DNA of 64,000 bases, taken from positions 170,004,001-170,068,000 of the forward strand of contig NC_042998.1 in NCBI RefSeq assembly GCF_006345805.1, written 5' to 3'. The notes under the pieces are model-generated. The model saw nothing but the letters and a program-made list of their open reading frames with translations, was not told where the DNA came from and searched no databases. How positions within the stretch are numbered: the stretch's first letter is position 1; every line of letters starts with the position of its first letter. Source of the DNA: Octopus sinensis. Lineage: Eukaryota. The position numbers and the translations under genes are program-made. This document shows, piece after piece, positions 39,811 to 53,394 of the stretch.

Positions 39811-41232
39811 TCATCATCATCATCATCATTTAGCGTCCGCTTTCCATGCTAGCATGGGTTGGACGGTTCAACTGGGGTTTGTGAAGCCAGAAGGCTGCTT
39901 TTGCACACAACTATCATCAGCCATTCTCATCACATGACCATACCAGTGCAAACGTCTCTCTTGCACACCACAACTGATGCTTCTTAGGTCCAACTTTTCT
40001 CTCAAGGTACTTACACTCTGTCGATTATGAACACTGACATTACACATCCATCGGAGCATACTGGCTTCATTTCTTGCGAGCTTACGCATATTCTCAGCAG
40101 TCACAGCCCATGTTTTACTACCACGTAGCATGTCTGTTCGTACACATGCATCATACAGTCTGCCTTTCACTCTGAGCGAGAGGCCTTTTGTCACCAGCAG
40201 GGGTAAGAGCTCTCTGAACTTTGCCCAGGCTATTCTTACTCTAGCAGTTACACTTTCAGCACACACACCCCTGCTACTGACTACTTCTAGTTTTTCTCCC
40301 TGGAACGTGGTAGAAGTTAGTCTCTGCACATTTTCAGTGTTTATTGCTCCTGAGCATCTGCCACAGACAAAAACTATTTTCCTAGTTAGCCTTCCTTTGA
40401 CATTGCTGCACCTCTTATGTGTTCATAGCTTACACTTGGTGCACCTTATAGAGTTTCTACCTACACCTTTTTTACAGATCGAGCAGGGCCATCTACTTGA
40501 AGGCGTTTGTGATTGGTCTACCTTCCTACTTATTAGGACTTTGGTTTGGCTAGGTTGATTCTAAGGCCCTTCGATTCTAATCCTTGCTTCCACACCTGAA
40601 ACTTCTCCTCCAGTTCTGATAGTGACTCAGCAATTAGAGCAAGGTCATCAGCATAGAGGAGCTCCCAGGGGCATTCTGTCTTGAATTCCTCCGTTATTGC
40701 CTGGAGGACTATGATAAATAGGAGGGGACTGAGGACTGAACCTTGGTGGACCCCAACCTCTACCCGGAATTCTTCACTGTACTCGTTGCCAACCCTAACC
40801 TTACTAGCAGCGTCTCTGTACATGGCACGCACAGCTCTCACTAACCATTCATCTATCCCTAGTTTCCTCATTGACCACCAGATAAGGGATCGGGGGACCC
40901 TGTCGAAGGCTTTCTCCATGTCAACAAAAGCCAGGTACAGGGGCTTATCTTTGGCTAGGTATTTCTCCTGCAGCTGTCTTACTAGGAATATAGCATCAGT
41001 AGTACTTTTCCCTGGCACGAACCCAAACTGCATCTCATCTAAGCTAACTCTCTCTCTCTAATTAGTTGGGCTATAACCCTCTCCGTAACCTTCATTACCT
41101 GATCCAGCAGCTTGATACCCCTGTAGTTATTTGTATCTAGGGCATCACCTTTACCTTTGTAGCAATTGACTATTATGCTGCTACACCAGTCATTGGGTAT
41201 GACTCCTTCGTGTATCACCTGGTTAACTATAC

Positions 41233-41235
<3 letters not shown>
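39811..41235 (-). mobile_element. 5'-truncated, internally deleted RTE copy
   Basis: ORFs 40533..41033 (RT with intact YADD) and 39868..40329; (CAT)n at 39811-39830; corresponds to ~17760-19950 of the long copy. Confidence 0.95.
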
Positions 41236-41293
<58 letters not shown>

Positions 41294-41889
41294 GTCTATA
41301 TATATGTGTTTATGTGTGTGTGTCTGTGTATATATATCTTAAAGTGTTATCCATCAAATGATAAGTAACTTCGGTCGTATACTTTTGTTACCATGGATGA
41401 TAACAGTTCAAGGATTCCAAAGCAATGAATTCACAGGAGAAAATGGCCACAAGAATTCAAAATAGCATGCTCAAAAATATATATTAACAGGGGAAATGGT
41501 TTATATCTATTATTGAAAAATGTAGGCAAAAGAATAGAAGCTTTGTATATCACACATTTTATATATATGTGTGTGTAAGTGTGTGTCCTTACCTTCGAAA
41601 CGTGGAGTAATTGAAATGGGGACAACTGAAGAAGGAGAATATTCTTTATGTTGTACATCTCGTTTCTCTGTTTGTTTGTTTTTTTGTTTTCCGAAAAAAG
41701 TTTGTTTGTATGTTTTTGTTTTTATGTTTTTCTTTCTCATTTTGTTCAACGTTTTTTTGACGTCCTGTACCCATATATGCATGTATATATACATATATAT
41801 GTAGGTATGTACATATATGTATGTATATATGCATATATATATATATGTGAATGAAAGGATTGTGTCACCAGCCCCTGGAAGGGGCTGGT

Positions 41890-41900
41890 GACACATATAT

Positions 41901-41933
<33 letters not shown>

Positions 41934-42365
41934 GTATGTATATGTATATATGTATATGTATATATATATGTATATATATATGTGTATATATGTGTATATA
42001 TATATGTATATATATGTGTATATATAATGTATATATGTGTATATATATATATATATGTGTATATATATATATATATGTGTATATATATGTATATATGTGT
42101 ATATATATATATATATGTGTATATATATATGTATATATATGTGTATATATATATATATGTATATATATATATGTGTATATATATGTGTATATATATATGT
42201 GTATATATATATATGTATATATATATGTGTGTATATATATGTATGTATATATATATATATGTGTGTGTATATATATATGTATGTATATATATATATGTAT
42301 ATATATGTGTGTGTATATATATGTATGTATATATATATATATATGTGTGTGTATATATATATATG

Positions 42366-42412
<47 letters not shown>

Positions 42413-42430
42413 GTGTGTATATATATATAT

Positions 42431-42475
<45 letters not shown>

Positions 42476-42578
42476 ATATATATATATATGTGTGTGTGTG
42501 TATATATATATATATGTGTGTGTGTGTATATATATATATGTGGTATATATATATATGTGTATATATATATATGTGTGT

Positions 42579-42610
<32 letters not shown>
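41890..42610. repeat. ~720-bp (TA)/(TG) array
   Basis: Directly visible; further arrays at 41236-41335 and 41780-41850. Confidence 0.95.
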
Positions 42611-42611
<1 letters not shown>

Positions 42612-43595
42612 GGACATTCTTTGACAGCTAAATGGACTTCATGCGACAAAGAGCATAAGGTTGTGTCTTGTCTAGAAATGTATACTTAAAGAAAAAAAAA
42701 ATCTGTCAGGCACCTAACTCAGCAGCCAGAATATTTAACATGCATCTGTACAATGTGGTTAAAAGATATGTGTATGCTTTGGCACAGGATGTGTATTCTA
42801 AGATTTGATATGACAGATCTAGGACCAAAGGGATTATAGTTAAAGCAATGAGACAGTTATATTCTACATCTGTAACAAATATTACAGGAGGGTACCGTTT
42901 CTCTAAGAAACTTTATATGTAAAAACAAGTGGCCGTACATAGAACAAAGTCACATTGCATGTAAGAGGGAGAAAGGAGATGTAAAGAGAGAGAGATCTTA
43001 CGGGGGTTTTAAAGCTGCAAAACAGATGGTTAGGAGAAAGAACTAGAGATACAATTGAAAAATGAGTAGCTAAATATGTGAGCATGCTTACACTGTGACA
43101 AAAAGATACACAGAAGTGTTATAATGACAAGCTGAGAAAGAAGCATGAATAGTAAAGAATGAGTCTATAGTAAATGGCATACATTTTTGTAGAGAACATC
43201 ACAGATAAATTAAGAGTTTAAATTAATGCATGTACTAATAAGTTTTCAAAAGGTGGGAGAACTTGCTAAATCTTTGTTTAATCAGAAATTATGAAAGATT
43301 AAAATTATATAACTGTACAAGTACAAATTAAGTCATGTTATATGCAATAGTGTGGACCAATGATTGTTTGTCAAAATAGGATTTCAAGTGAGAGATCAGT
43401 CGACTACTCTAAAAATATTTCATTGTATATGTTTGTACCAATCTGATTAGAGAATGCAACAATGATTGCTAATAATATATGCAAGAATGAACTAAAATAG
43501 ACCAATAAAGTATTAAGTTGTAACGATTTAAAATTAACAGAAAATAAAATAAACAGTTGCTAAAATGATCTAAATTTATAGCATATATATATAGA

Positions 43596-43855
43596 GAGGC
43601 GCAATGGCACAGTAGTTAGGACAGCGGACTCATGGGCGGGGGATTGCGGTTTCGATTCCCAGACTGGGCATCGCGTGTGTTTATTGAGTGAAAACACCTA
43701 AGGCTCTACGAGGCTCTGGCAGGGGGTGGTGCAACATCTGTTATACTCTTTTGTAACAACTTTCTCTCACACTTTCTTCCTGTTTCTTGAGTAATGATGC
43801 GATGGACTGGCGTCCCATCCAGCTGGAGGGAACACAAACGCTGGAGCACCATCTT
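43596..43855 (+). mobile_element. tRNA-headed SINE, family D (Meta/V-domain-like centre)
   Basis: A-box-like tggcacagtag and B-box-like ggtttcgattcc; gcgatggactggcgtcccatccag; homologous to 53016-53320. Confidence 0.7.
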
Positions 43856-43924
43856 TAGTTGAGAAAATCGACTCCAGGACACACAAATATACACACACAC
43901 ACATATATTTATATATATATATAT

Positions 43925-44082
43925 ACGATGGGCTTCTTTCAGTTTCCATCTACCAAATACATTCAGAAGGTTTTGTTCGACCCAAGGCTATAGTAGAAGA
44001 CACTTGCCCAAAGTGCCATCCAGTGAGAATGAACCTAGAACCATGTGGTTGGTAAGCAAACTACTTACCACACAGCCACTCC
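43925..44082 (-). mobile_element. CORE-like SINE head (family B 5' part)
   Basis: gaagacacttgcccaa and ttctttcagtttcc as in the other family B copies. Confidence 0.7.
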
Positions 44083-44240
44083 TATATACATATACATATA
44101 TATACACATACATACATATATACACACATACATATATATACACATACATACACATATATATACACATACATACATATATATACACATACATGTACACATA
44201 CATATATATATACACATACATACATATATATACACATACA

Positions 44241-46449
44241 TACTCTTTTACTCTTTTACTTGTTTCAGCCATCCGGCTGAGGCCATGCTGGGGCACCGCC
44301 CTTGCTGCTACCCTCTCTAAGTCCAGTTTGCCGTGGCTGGCCACTGATCTAAGAGAGAGTTTGTAGCTGCTGCCCTTAGGTTACCTTCGTACCTTGCAGT
44401 GGGTTCATCTGGGATCCCGGAAAGCAGCTTGTCTAGATGTTTTTGAAAATGTCCACATCCGCATCATGTAGATCTCTTAGTTTTCTTGGCAGTTTGTTGA
44501 AAAGCTGAGGGCCCTGAACCCCAGGCTATTACAGTATCTGCTCCTTACCCTGGATGTGGAAGACGGGACCTTTGGCACCACACAGTGACGTCCTGTACGG
44601 GGATTGGAACAGCTCTCAATTCCAAAATTTGGTGCTAGTCCCTCCAGGATTTCCATATGTATATCACTGCATATCTCTCTCGTCTTCGTTCCAAGGAGTA
44701 CAAATTGAGTTCCCTAAGCCTCTCCAATAGTTCTTTTCTTTCATGGTGGAAATCCTCTTGGTGAAATGTCTTTGGATTGTCTCAAGCTCTGTGGTTAGTT
44801 TGACACTATGCGGTGACCACAGTTGGGAGCAGTAGTCCAGGCGGCTTAGGACAAATGTCCTCCATAGTGTCAACATGGTCTCGCAGTCTCTTGTCCGGAA
44901 TGTCCTCAGGATCCAGCCAGTGAGTCGTCTGCACATTGTCGCCACCTTCGCGAGTGTGAAGAAAAAGATGCATCGTCACTCATGTCTATCCCCAGGTCCC
45001 GTATTGATTTCGATACTGGGATTTCGATCCCTCCTGGACCAGTATAGTTGTGTTGTAATGTATGTGTTTACAGCTTGATATTGTAAGGCTTGAAATTTAC
45101 CAGCATTAAATTGCATGTTGTTGTCTTCAGCCCATTTGTATATGGCATCCAGATCTTGTTGTAAAAGGTCAGCATCAGCTGGGTTTTTTATTGCCTGTGC
45201 TACCTTTGTGTCATCAGCATAGCTAGTGAGGGATGTTGTTTGTGCTACCAAGGGCATGTCAGAGAGCGCCACCAAAAACAGCAAGGGTCCCAAGACTGTG
45301 CCCTGTGGCACCCCGCTTGCTATTGGTGTCTTTCCCGAGAGGGCTCCATTGGCTGCAACCATGGCTTCTGTCCTTCAGGAAGTCATGTATCCACTCACCT
45401 ACTTTTCCTGTTATGCCGAGTCTGAGTAATTTGTGACATATCACTCCGTGGTCGACTTTGTCAAAGGCCTTCGCAAAGTCGAGATATACCACATCCACCT
45501 GTGAGCGATCCAGTAGTTGTTTCAGTACCCAGTCGTAGTGTTGTAACAGCTGCGTAAGGCAGCTTCTTCCTGGGCAAAAGCCATGCTGTGTGTCAGTGAG
45601 ACGGTTAGTTTCTTTGAGGAACGTGATCAGTTTTTTTCTGATGATTCGTTCCATGACCTTACTTATGTGTGACGTCAGGGAGACTGGCCTGTAGTTTTTG
45701 GCCTCTGCTCTACTCCCTCCTTTGTGGATAGGGCATATGGTGCCTTCTTTTAGCGCCCTGGGCAGTTTACCGTTAGCCAAGGAACCACTGAAGAGCTTCT
45801 TCAGTGGTCCCGCTAGGGCATGCCTGCATGTTTTTAGGAGGACTGCTGGGAATCCATCTGGTCCAGCAGCTGAGTTTATTCTCATTTCTTCTATGGCAGA
45901 TATTACATCCCTCTCTGTTATGTCTATGTGGTCGATGGTTGTTGTTTGGTTTTGGAGTGTTGTGGCATCAAAGAAAACTTCTGGGTTTGTGATTTGCATG
46001 TGCCCCAGAGGGGATGTGAACACACTTTTATACTGTTCCTTTAGTATTTCACTTATCCCTTGGGGGTCCTCAGTTAGAGAGCCTTTTTATCAAAGAGTGG
46101 GCCAATCTTGCAGTGTACCGAGGTGGTTTCTTTCGCAAATTTAAAGAAGGCTTTAGGGTTTGTTTTAATATTCTCTATGGCCCTGGCTTCTCTCTCTGCC
46201 CTCTCCTTCTCATAGGAAAGTTTGAGTGCAGTTCCGTTTCAAAAAGTTCAGGTGGAGTCCCTCATTGTTTCTCTGCCGTGCATTCAGTTGCTTCGAGAGC
46301 TTAGCTCTTCGCCTCATAAGTATTTTCCTGTCTCTGGGAATAACGTTCCTATGCCCGCTGGCTTTTTTCTCCGGGACAAACTTATGGCATATGTTCTGTA
46401 TTGTTGTCATGAAATGTTGGAAATGTGTGTTGGTGTCTTGTGTGGTGAT
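44241..46449 (-). mobile_element. 5'-truncated CR1-clade LINE (RT region, frameshifted)
   Basis: ORFs 45259..46023 (AAGPDG, NYRPVSLTS, QHGF..GRSCLTQLL, YLDFAKAFDKVDH), 44976..45362 (SGVPQGTVLGP, YADDTK) and 44664..44945 (LDYCSQLWSP); 3' tail ends in (TAAAAGAG)2. Confidence 0.9.
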
Positions 46450-48060
46450 ATACATACATATATATACACATATATGTACATATATATATACACATATATA
46501 TATACATATATGTACATATATATACACATATATGTACATATATATACACATATATGTACACATATATGTACATATATATACACATATATGTACATATATG
46601 TACACATATATGTACATATATATACACATATATGTACATATATATACACATATATGTACATATATATACACATATATGTACATATATATACACATATATA
46701 TATACATATATACACATATATATATACATATATGTACATATATATATACATATATGTACATATATATATACATATATGTACATATATATATACATATATG
46801 TACATATATATATACATATATGTACATATATATATACATATATGTACACATATATATATACATATATACACATATATATATATACATATATGTACACATA
46901 TATATACACATATATATATATACATATATGTACACATATATATACACATATATATATATACATATATATACACATATATATACACATATATATATATACA
47001 TATATATACACATATATATATATACATATATATACACATATATATATATACATATATATACACATATATATACACATATATATACACATATATATATATA
47101 CATATATATACACATATATATATATACATATATATACACATATATATACACATATATATACACATATATACACATATATATACACATATATATATACATA
47201 TATACACATATATATATACATATATATACACATATATATATACATATACATACACATATATATATACATATACACACACATATATATATACATATACACA
47301 CATATATACATATACACACATATATACATATACACACATATATACATATATACACATATATACATATATACACACATATATATACACATACATATATACA
47401 CATATACACACATATATACATGTATATATACACATATATATATACATGTATATATACACATATATATATACATGTATATATACACATATATATATACATG
47501 TAAATATACACATATATATACATGTAAATATACACATATACACATGTATATATGCAAATATATATATACATGTATATATGCAAATATATATATACATGTA
47601 TATATACACACATATATATATACCAACATATATATATATATATACATACACATACCTATATACATATATACATACATATATATACATATATACATACATA
47701 TATATACATATACATACATATATATATACATATACATACATATATATATACATATACATACATATATATACATATACATAAATAATAACATATACATACA
47801 TATATATACATATACATACATATTATACATATACATACATATACATTTACATAATATATACATATATATACATATAACATATACATATACACATACATTA
47901 CATACATATACACATATACATACATACATACATATATACACATACATACATACATATACATACATACATACATATATACATATACATACATACATATACA
48001 TACATACATATACATACATACATATATACATACATATATATATATATACACACACACACA
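46450..48060. repeat. ~1.6-kb compound (TA)/(CA)/(TACA) array
   Basis: Directly visible; it generates the spurious Y/I/H/T and C/V/Y/M ORFs. Confidence 0.97.
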
Positions 48061-48770
48061 TAGGCAGCTCAGTTTCTTCGGTATAACAGTATTTACTTGT
48101 TTGAATTCAGATATTTTTGTGCTGCATGATGATAACACCTATCTGCATGTCCTACACCAAAATAAATCTTATCCACCCATACGTAACGAAACAACAGCCA
48201 TTTTTGTTCATAAGCGTAACTCTTACCCTCCTAAATTAGTGGGGAGCTCTAATAAAAATTCTAATTAAGCAAAAAGAAACATTTACTAAATGCGACAATT
48301 CTTAATAACAGATATAATCATAATGAACAGAGTATGTTTAATATATAAATAATACAAGAATATGATGTCATATAAGAAGTCCACCATCATTTCAGAGCTT
48401 TGATGTTAAATCACGTTTTTGACCCATAAGAACACTTTTATTGGGCACCTGCCTAATAATTTAGGACAGTAAAATAGTTGCTGTTTCATGAAAAAGGCTG
48501 CCATTTGTTTACATCTGTGCAGATCCAATTTATATTTACTACAGTATGCACAAGCAGATGTTGCCATCATTCAGTGAAAAAGTGTCTGGATTCAAATGAA
48601 TAAATACTGTTATTCTGATAAAAAAAAAAAAAAAAAAAAAAACAGAGCTGCCTAGTAATTTGACATGCAGTGTCGGTTCATACTTGTAATTATTGGGACA
48701 CTTGAATACTTAGTACTAATGTTGAGTATCTGGGCTTTATAAAATCAGAAAAATCATGGCTGATTATTAT

Positions 48771-49123
48771 TGCTGATGCCAGCGCCGCCTCGACTGGCTT
48801 CCGTGTCGGTGGCACGTAAAAAGCACCATCCGAATCATGGCCGAAGCCAGTGCCGCCTCGACTGGCTTCCGTGCAGGTGACATGTAAAATGCACCAATCT
48901 GACCGTGGCCGATGCCAGCCTCGCCTGGCACCAGTGCAGGTGGCACGTAAAAAGCACCTACTACACTCACGGAGTGGTTGGCGTTAGGAAGGGCATCCAG
49001 CTGTAGAAACATTGCCAGATAAGACCGGAGCCTGGTGCAGCCTTCTGGCTTCCCAGATCCCCGGTCGAACCGTCCAACCCATGCTAGCATGGAGAACGGA
49101 CGTTAAACGATGATGATGATGAT
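48771..49123 (+). mobile_element. RTE 3'-UTR-derived copy with subrepeats
   Basis: Close match to 19670-19950; (GAT)n tail. Confidence 0.85.
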
Positions 49124-50299
49124 TAATGCAACTGTGAAATATGTAAACGTTTTCTTAAGTCTAGCTTGTAATAAGTGCATAAATACATCTGGGGGACATA
49201 CTCATAATATGAAAGAATACTTGTTAAAACATGTGCATGTTCCATATGCAAGTCAGAACATACTGATCCACACATACAATGATGTTCATACTTGCACATA
49301 TGTGTGCAATATTTTAACGTACACCAATATATAACTACTAAGCTTGTGTTGTCTAAATTCCAATAAAGGAACAGTCTCTGAGAAGTCAGCTCTATTTCTA
49401 TTTCATTTTTGATGTTTCAGTCATTATACTGTCGCTGTGCTGGGGCAGAACCTAGAAGGATCTTAGTTGAACAAATCGACTCCAGGACTTTAGTCATGAG
49501 CAAGCAGAGACACTATCAGTCCTTCCATCTTTGTCCAACCCAGCAGAACATCAAATATGTAACAGCTGGATAAGAGTGGGCTGAACCAACACTCAACTGG
49601 TAATCATTGTAACTGAGTAGAGTGGAACAACAGAAATGAAATAGTTTGCTCAATAACACAACACGCAATGCAGATCTGGAATCAAAACCAGAACCATATG
49701 ATCAGAAGCTAACCATCCTAAGCACTAAGCCATATGCTTTCCATCAGAACTCATACAAACCATACAAACAACACGTATATTACAGCATACATTAAACCAA
49801 TGCACTTTGCTATATATATATATATCAAAAGGATGTATTATAACACTATTTCACATATACACAAACAGCCATACCAACAATCCAATGTACCTCCATCATC
49901 AGCTGCCCCACGGATATCATATATTCAGCAAATTATTCATGCTTTTTTTATCTATGTAATAAAAACGTGTGAAATTCTTTTTCTAGATGCTGCTAAACAG
50001 CCGCTCTCTTCAGTATTCATACAGACTAAAGCCGCAATTCTTTAAATTTCATTAACTAAAGCCTTCCCTTAGAATGTGTGTTAATTCAATACCCAACCCT
50101 ATCAAATATTTAGCTTAAGTAACAATCTAACCATGCGATTCATCCATGGTATAAGTATTCAATTCACTATTCACAATTCCACAATAGCAATTGAAGGTAA
50201 TGCTATAGAAGAATAAGTCCCCCCTTGGATACAAAATTTCTTAGTGTACTAGTACTAAAAAAGCATTTTCAAAAAAAAAAAATTATTTCTCAAAATAAT

Positions 50300-50511
50300 C
50301 CTTTCTACTTTAAGCACAAGGCCTGAAATTTGGAAGAGGGGGATAGTTGATTATATTGACACCGACACTCAACTGGTACTTAATTTATCAACCTTGAAAG
50401 AATGAAAAGTAAAGTCAACCTAGCTGGAATTTGAACTCAGAATGTAGCGGCAGATGAAATACTGCTAAGCATTTTGCCTGGCATGCTAATGATTCTGCCA
50501 GCTCGCTGCCT
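50300..50511 (-). mobile_element. SINE, family A (most complete copy)
   Basis: Head aggcagcgagctggcagaatc..gagttcaaattcc on the minus strand; imperfect TSD tttct(c/tg)aaaataat. Confidence 0.75.
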
Positions 50512-50566
50512 GTTTCTTGAAAATAATGGATATGTATTGTCACCCAATAATAATCTTTTATCTTCA

Positions 50567-50795
50567 TTAACCCTTTAGTATTCAGATTATTCTGTCAAAT
50601 GTAATGCTTATGTAATCAAATTGTTTTGAATTAATCATGCAAACACATCGTAGTATTGAAATTTTGAGGATGTGATTGCTTATTCTTAGAATGACATTGT
50701 AGGATAAGTGTGCAAAGCCAGATCCTGCCAGTTTGAACATAGAACAGGTAGAATATTTGGGCCGGATATGGCCGGTTTAGATGTTAAAGGGTTAA
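50567..50795 (-). mobile_element. piggyBac-like MITE (family P1), reverse orientation
   Basis: TTAA at 50567-50570 and 50792-50795. Confidence 0.85.
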
Positions 50796-51710
50796 ACCAA
50801 CCTGTGCTTGTCGCACTATTCAAAACATTATGTCTGCACTTTAAATATTAGCCTATATTCAATAATCACCTGAAGATCAGCAATGAAAAATTTATAATGA
50901 TTTGTGAAGTTTCAGCTTTCAATAAGTCATCTCTCTACTTTTACTAATGAATACCTATTTTCCTGCCTTTCAATTGTATTCACACACACACAGAGTCTAT
51001 GATCTATATTTTCAAACCTAGTACCTACTCACCTTCAGATCTCTCTTCCAGTTTCAAATTTTTTCTTATGACAATATCTTCGTGGATATCTTCCTAAACT
51101 TAATTTTTTGATGATCTTTCATAATCTTAATCATATTTTATCCCCTATCTTCATAGTATGCCTAAACAAATGCAAAGTTTGTTTGTTACTATCTCAAAAG
51201 AAAATGGTTCAAATGGTTTCAATATGTATTTCATACCACTGGTTCAAATATTGGTACAAAATATAACATATTTGTTATAATTATTCTTTACCAATATTGC
51301 AATAACTTCTTTACTTGATTCCTTGGTTTAAGTATTCTTGAATATTCATTTTCCAGAGCATTTATTAATTGAAGCAATTAACAAATGCATCTGGTATGCT
51401 TATAAAGATCTGATAAATAAACCTGATAAAGATTGCTACCTTTAAAAGATAGGATATAACAGTCCACAGCTGGAAGTATACCTTTTCATGCCTGAAGGTT
51501 TTTGGTGGCACCACCAACTCAATGATGTGCTAACTGGATGTTTCAGTGAGTACTCTTCATCATAACCATTTTTGACAGCAGAACCGACTGGAGCAACATG
51601 TAGAACATGTAGTTAAATGCTTTGGCTCAAAGACAATGTGATTCTCGAACAAGGTATCTAATCTCAGACCTTATAGATGAGAGTCTTGTTAGTTATCTGT
51701 GGGCCTAGAG

Positions 51711-51915
51711 CATTGCTCTGCAACCTTTTTTCACTTGCAGTATACTTACATTCTTTTAAAATTTGGTGGCACACCTCAACTAAAAGTATAGCTAAAAGTA
51801 TTGGGAAAAAATTATATTCAGATCACACTGTTGCACATCTAGCATTGTCTTGTGGCACACCTAGCATCATCTTGTGGGACACCAGTGTGCCGCAGCATAC
51901 CAGTGCAGAGCACTG
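51711..51915. mobile_element. hAT (Charlie-like) MITE
   Basis: 8-bp TSD GCCTAGAG at 51703-51710 and 51916-51923; TIR CA(T/G)TGCTCTGCA. Confidence 0.85.
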
Positions 51916-53015
51916 GCCTAGAGTACCATCTCACTTCAAAGTAACTTGATGCTTTTAGTACCTGATTATTTATCCCTAAATTCCAATATTACTGGTCATC
52001 AATTGCTTTTTTTTTTTTTTTTTCAAATCACACTAAATCTCATTTTTTATTAAGCAACTTTTCATATGAATACTTCACCATTTCTCTTTTAATCATATTC
52101 GAGTGCAAGTACAGAACCACTACTAATTATATCAATACACAAGAATATTAAGAAATTTGCAAAAGGGTTTTTTTTTGTTTTTGTTTTTACTCATTAAATT
52201 TCAGTAGATATTTTATTTCAAAATAAAAATGGTTAATTATTCTGAACTGCTTAAAGTACAATTTGGTGTTGTAAACACCTTCAACATCTGAATTTCTGAA
52301 GAAAGTCAACCATAAGTTTTATTTTTCATTCGTTTATGCTGCTACCGTTATAGATTTCTATTTCTGCATGAGAAAAATATTTTTTTTCAGTTATGCATAA
52401 GTTTGAGAGGACAACAATTTTCAGTTGAATCAAGGAAACATGTTCATTTCATTAGATTATATTTCTTGTATATCAAGTTCATTCATTTTCATGAGAAGAG
52501 TTGATCTTGGCACCAAGCCACCAAATTACTATTCAACTTCCTGTTCATTGGGTGCCTACCAACTTCTTGTTTCTAGGTAGATGGAGCTGCTATAAAGTGT
52601 TTAGTACCTTATCGGAGCAAATTACAGTGAATAGATATGGCGGACTTGTGAATTCAAAGAGGCTAGTCCTTGCCCACATTCAGTAATAGACATAAATTAA
52701 CCAAAACTGATTTCTCAATTCAGCATTATTTTTCTGAATTTGTCGTTGTTGAGGATATATAGGTCACTGCAGGCATAAATGATATGTTCTTGAAAATAGT
52801 TTTGTAAATTATGGTAAGTAGATAAGAAACTAGACTCTATAACCATAATGATTACCCTAGTTAATCCCACTAACTTTGACAAAGTTAAAACATTCTAGGT
52901 GAGGCTTTACTTATGTAGAACTGTAATGAGTGGCAACCCATGATGCTAGAGAACACCTGCCCACTGGTGCCAATACAGTAGAGTAGTCATTAAAATAACA
53001 GTGGTGAAATAGAAT

Positions 53016-53320
53016 TTGGTTTGTTCCTTCTTGAGCCACGCCTGGCTCATAAGGGCCGGTTTCCCGGTTACCTTGGCATATAGGTTCCCCACCTGGATGG
53101 GACACCAGTCCGTCGCAGGTGAGCTGCAAGATGCAGGAGGAAAGAGTGAGAGAAAGTTGCGATGAAAGAGTCAGCAGAAGTTCACCATTACCTTCTGCCG
53201 GAGGCCGCGTGGAGCTTAGGTGTTTTTCGCTCATAAACACACACATCGCCCAGTCTGAGATTCGAACCTGCGATTCCTCAACCGCAAGTCCGCTGCTCTA
53301 ACCACTAGGCCATGTGCCTT
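53016..53320 (-). mobile_element. tRNA-headed SINE, family D
   Basis: A box TGGCCTAGTGG (53302-53312) and B box GGTTCGAATCT (53258-53268) on the minus strand; no acceptor stem or complete cloverleaf. Confidence 0.8.
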
Positions 53321-53394
53321 CCACAAATGGGAAGACTCCATTTATTGTCTTGTTCCTTCCTTAACCCTGTCCTACTTAGCACACTGAGGAGGAT

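Noticed and set aside
39445-39833. ORFs of 76-107 aa
   Set aside because: Microsatellite translations.
41510-48138. Long ORFs of 190-560 aa rich in Y/I/H/T or C/V/Y/M
   Set aside because: They are translations of (TA)/(CA)/(TG) microsatellites, which lack stop codons in several frames. Only the end of ORF 46210..47613 is CR1-derived.
51033-51093. Candidate minus-strand exon EDIHEDIVIRKNLKLEERSE with an AAG|GTGAGT donor
   Set aside because: The acceptor lacks a polypyrimidine tract, flanking frames have stops and no protein family is recognised; it needs RNA-seq.
53240-53320. tRNA-like sequences (also 43596-43670, 5752-5820 and other SINE heads)
   Set aside because: A and B boxes are present but there is no full cloverleaf, and they continue into SINE bodies.
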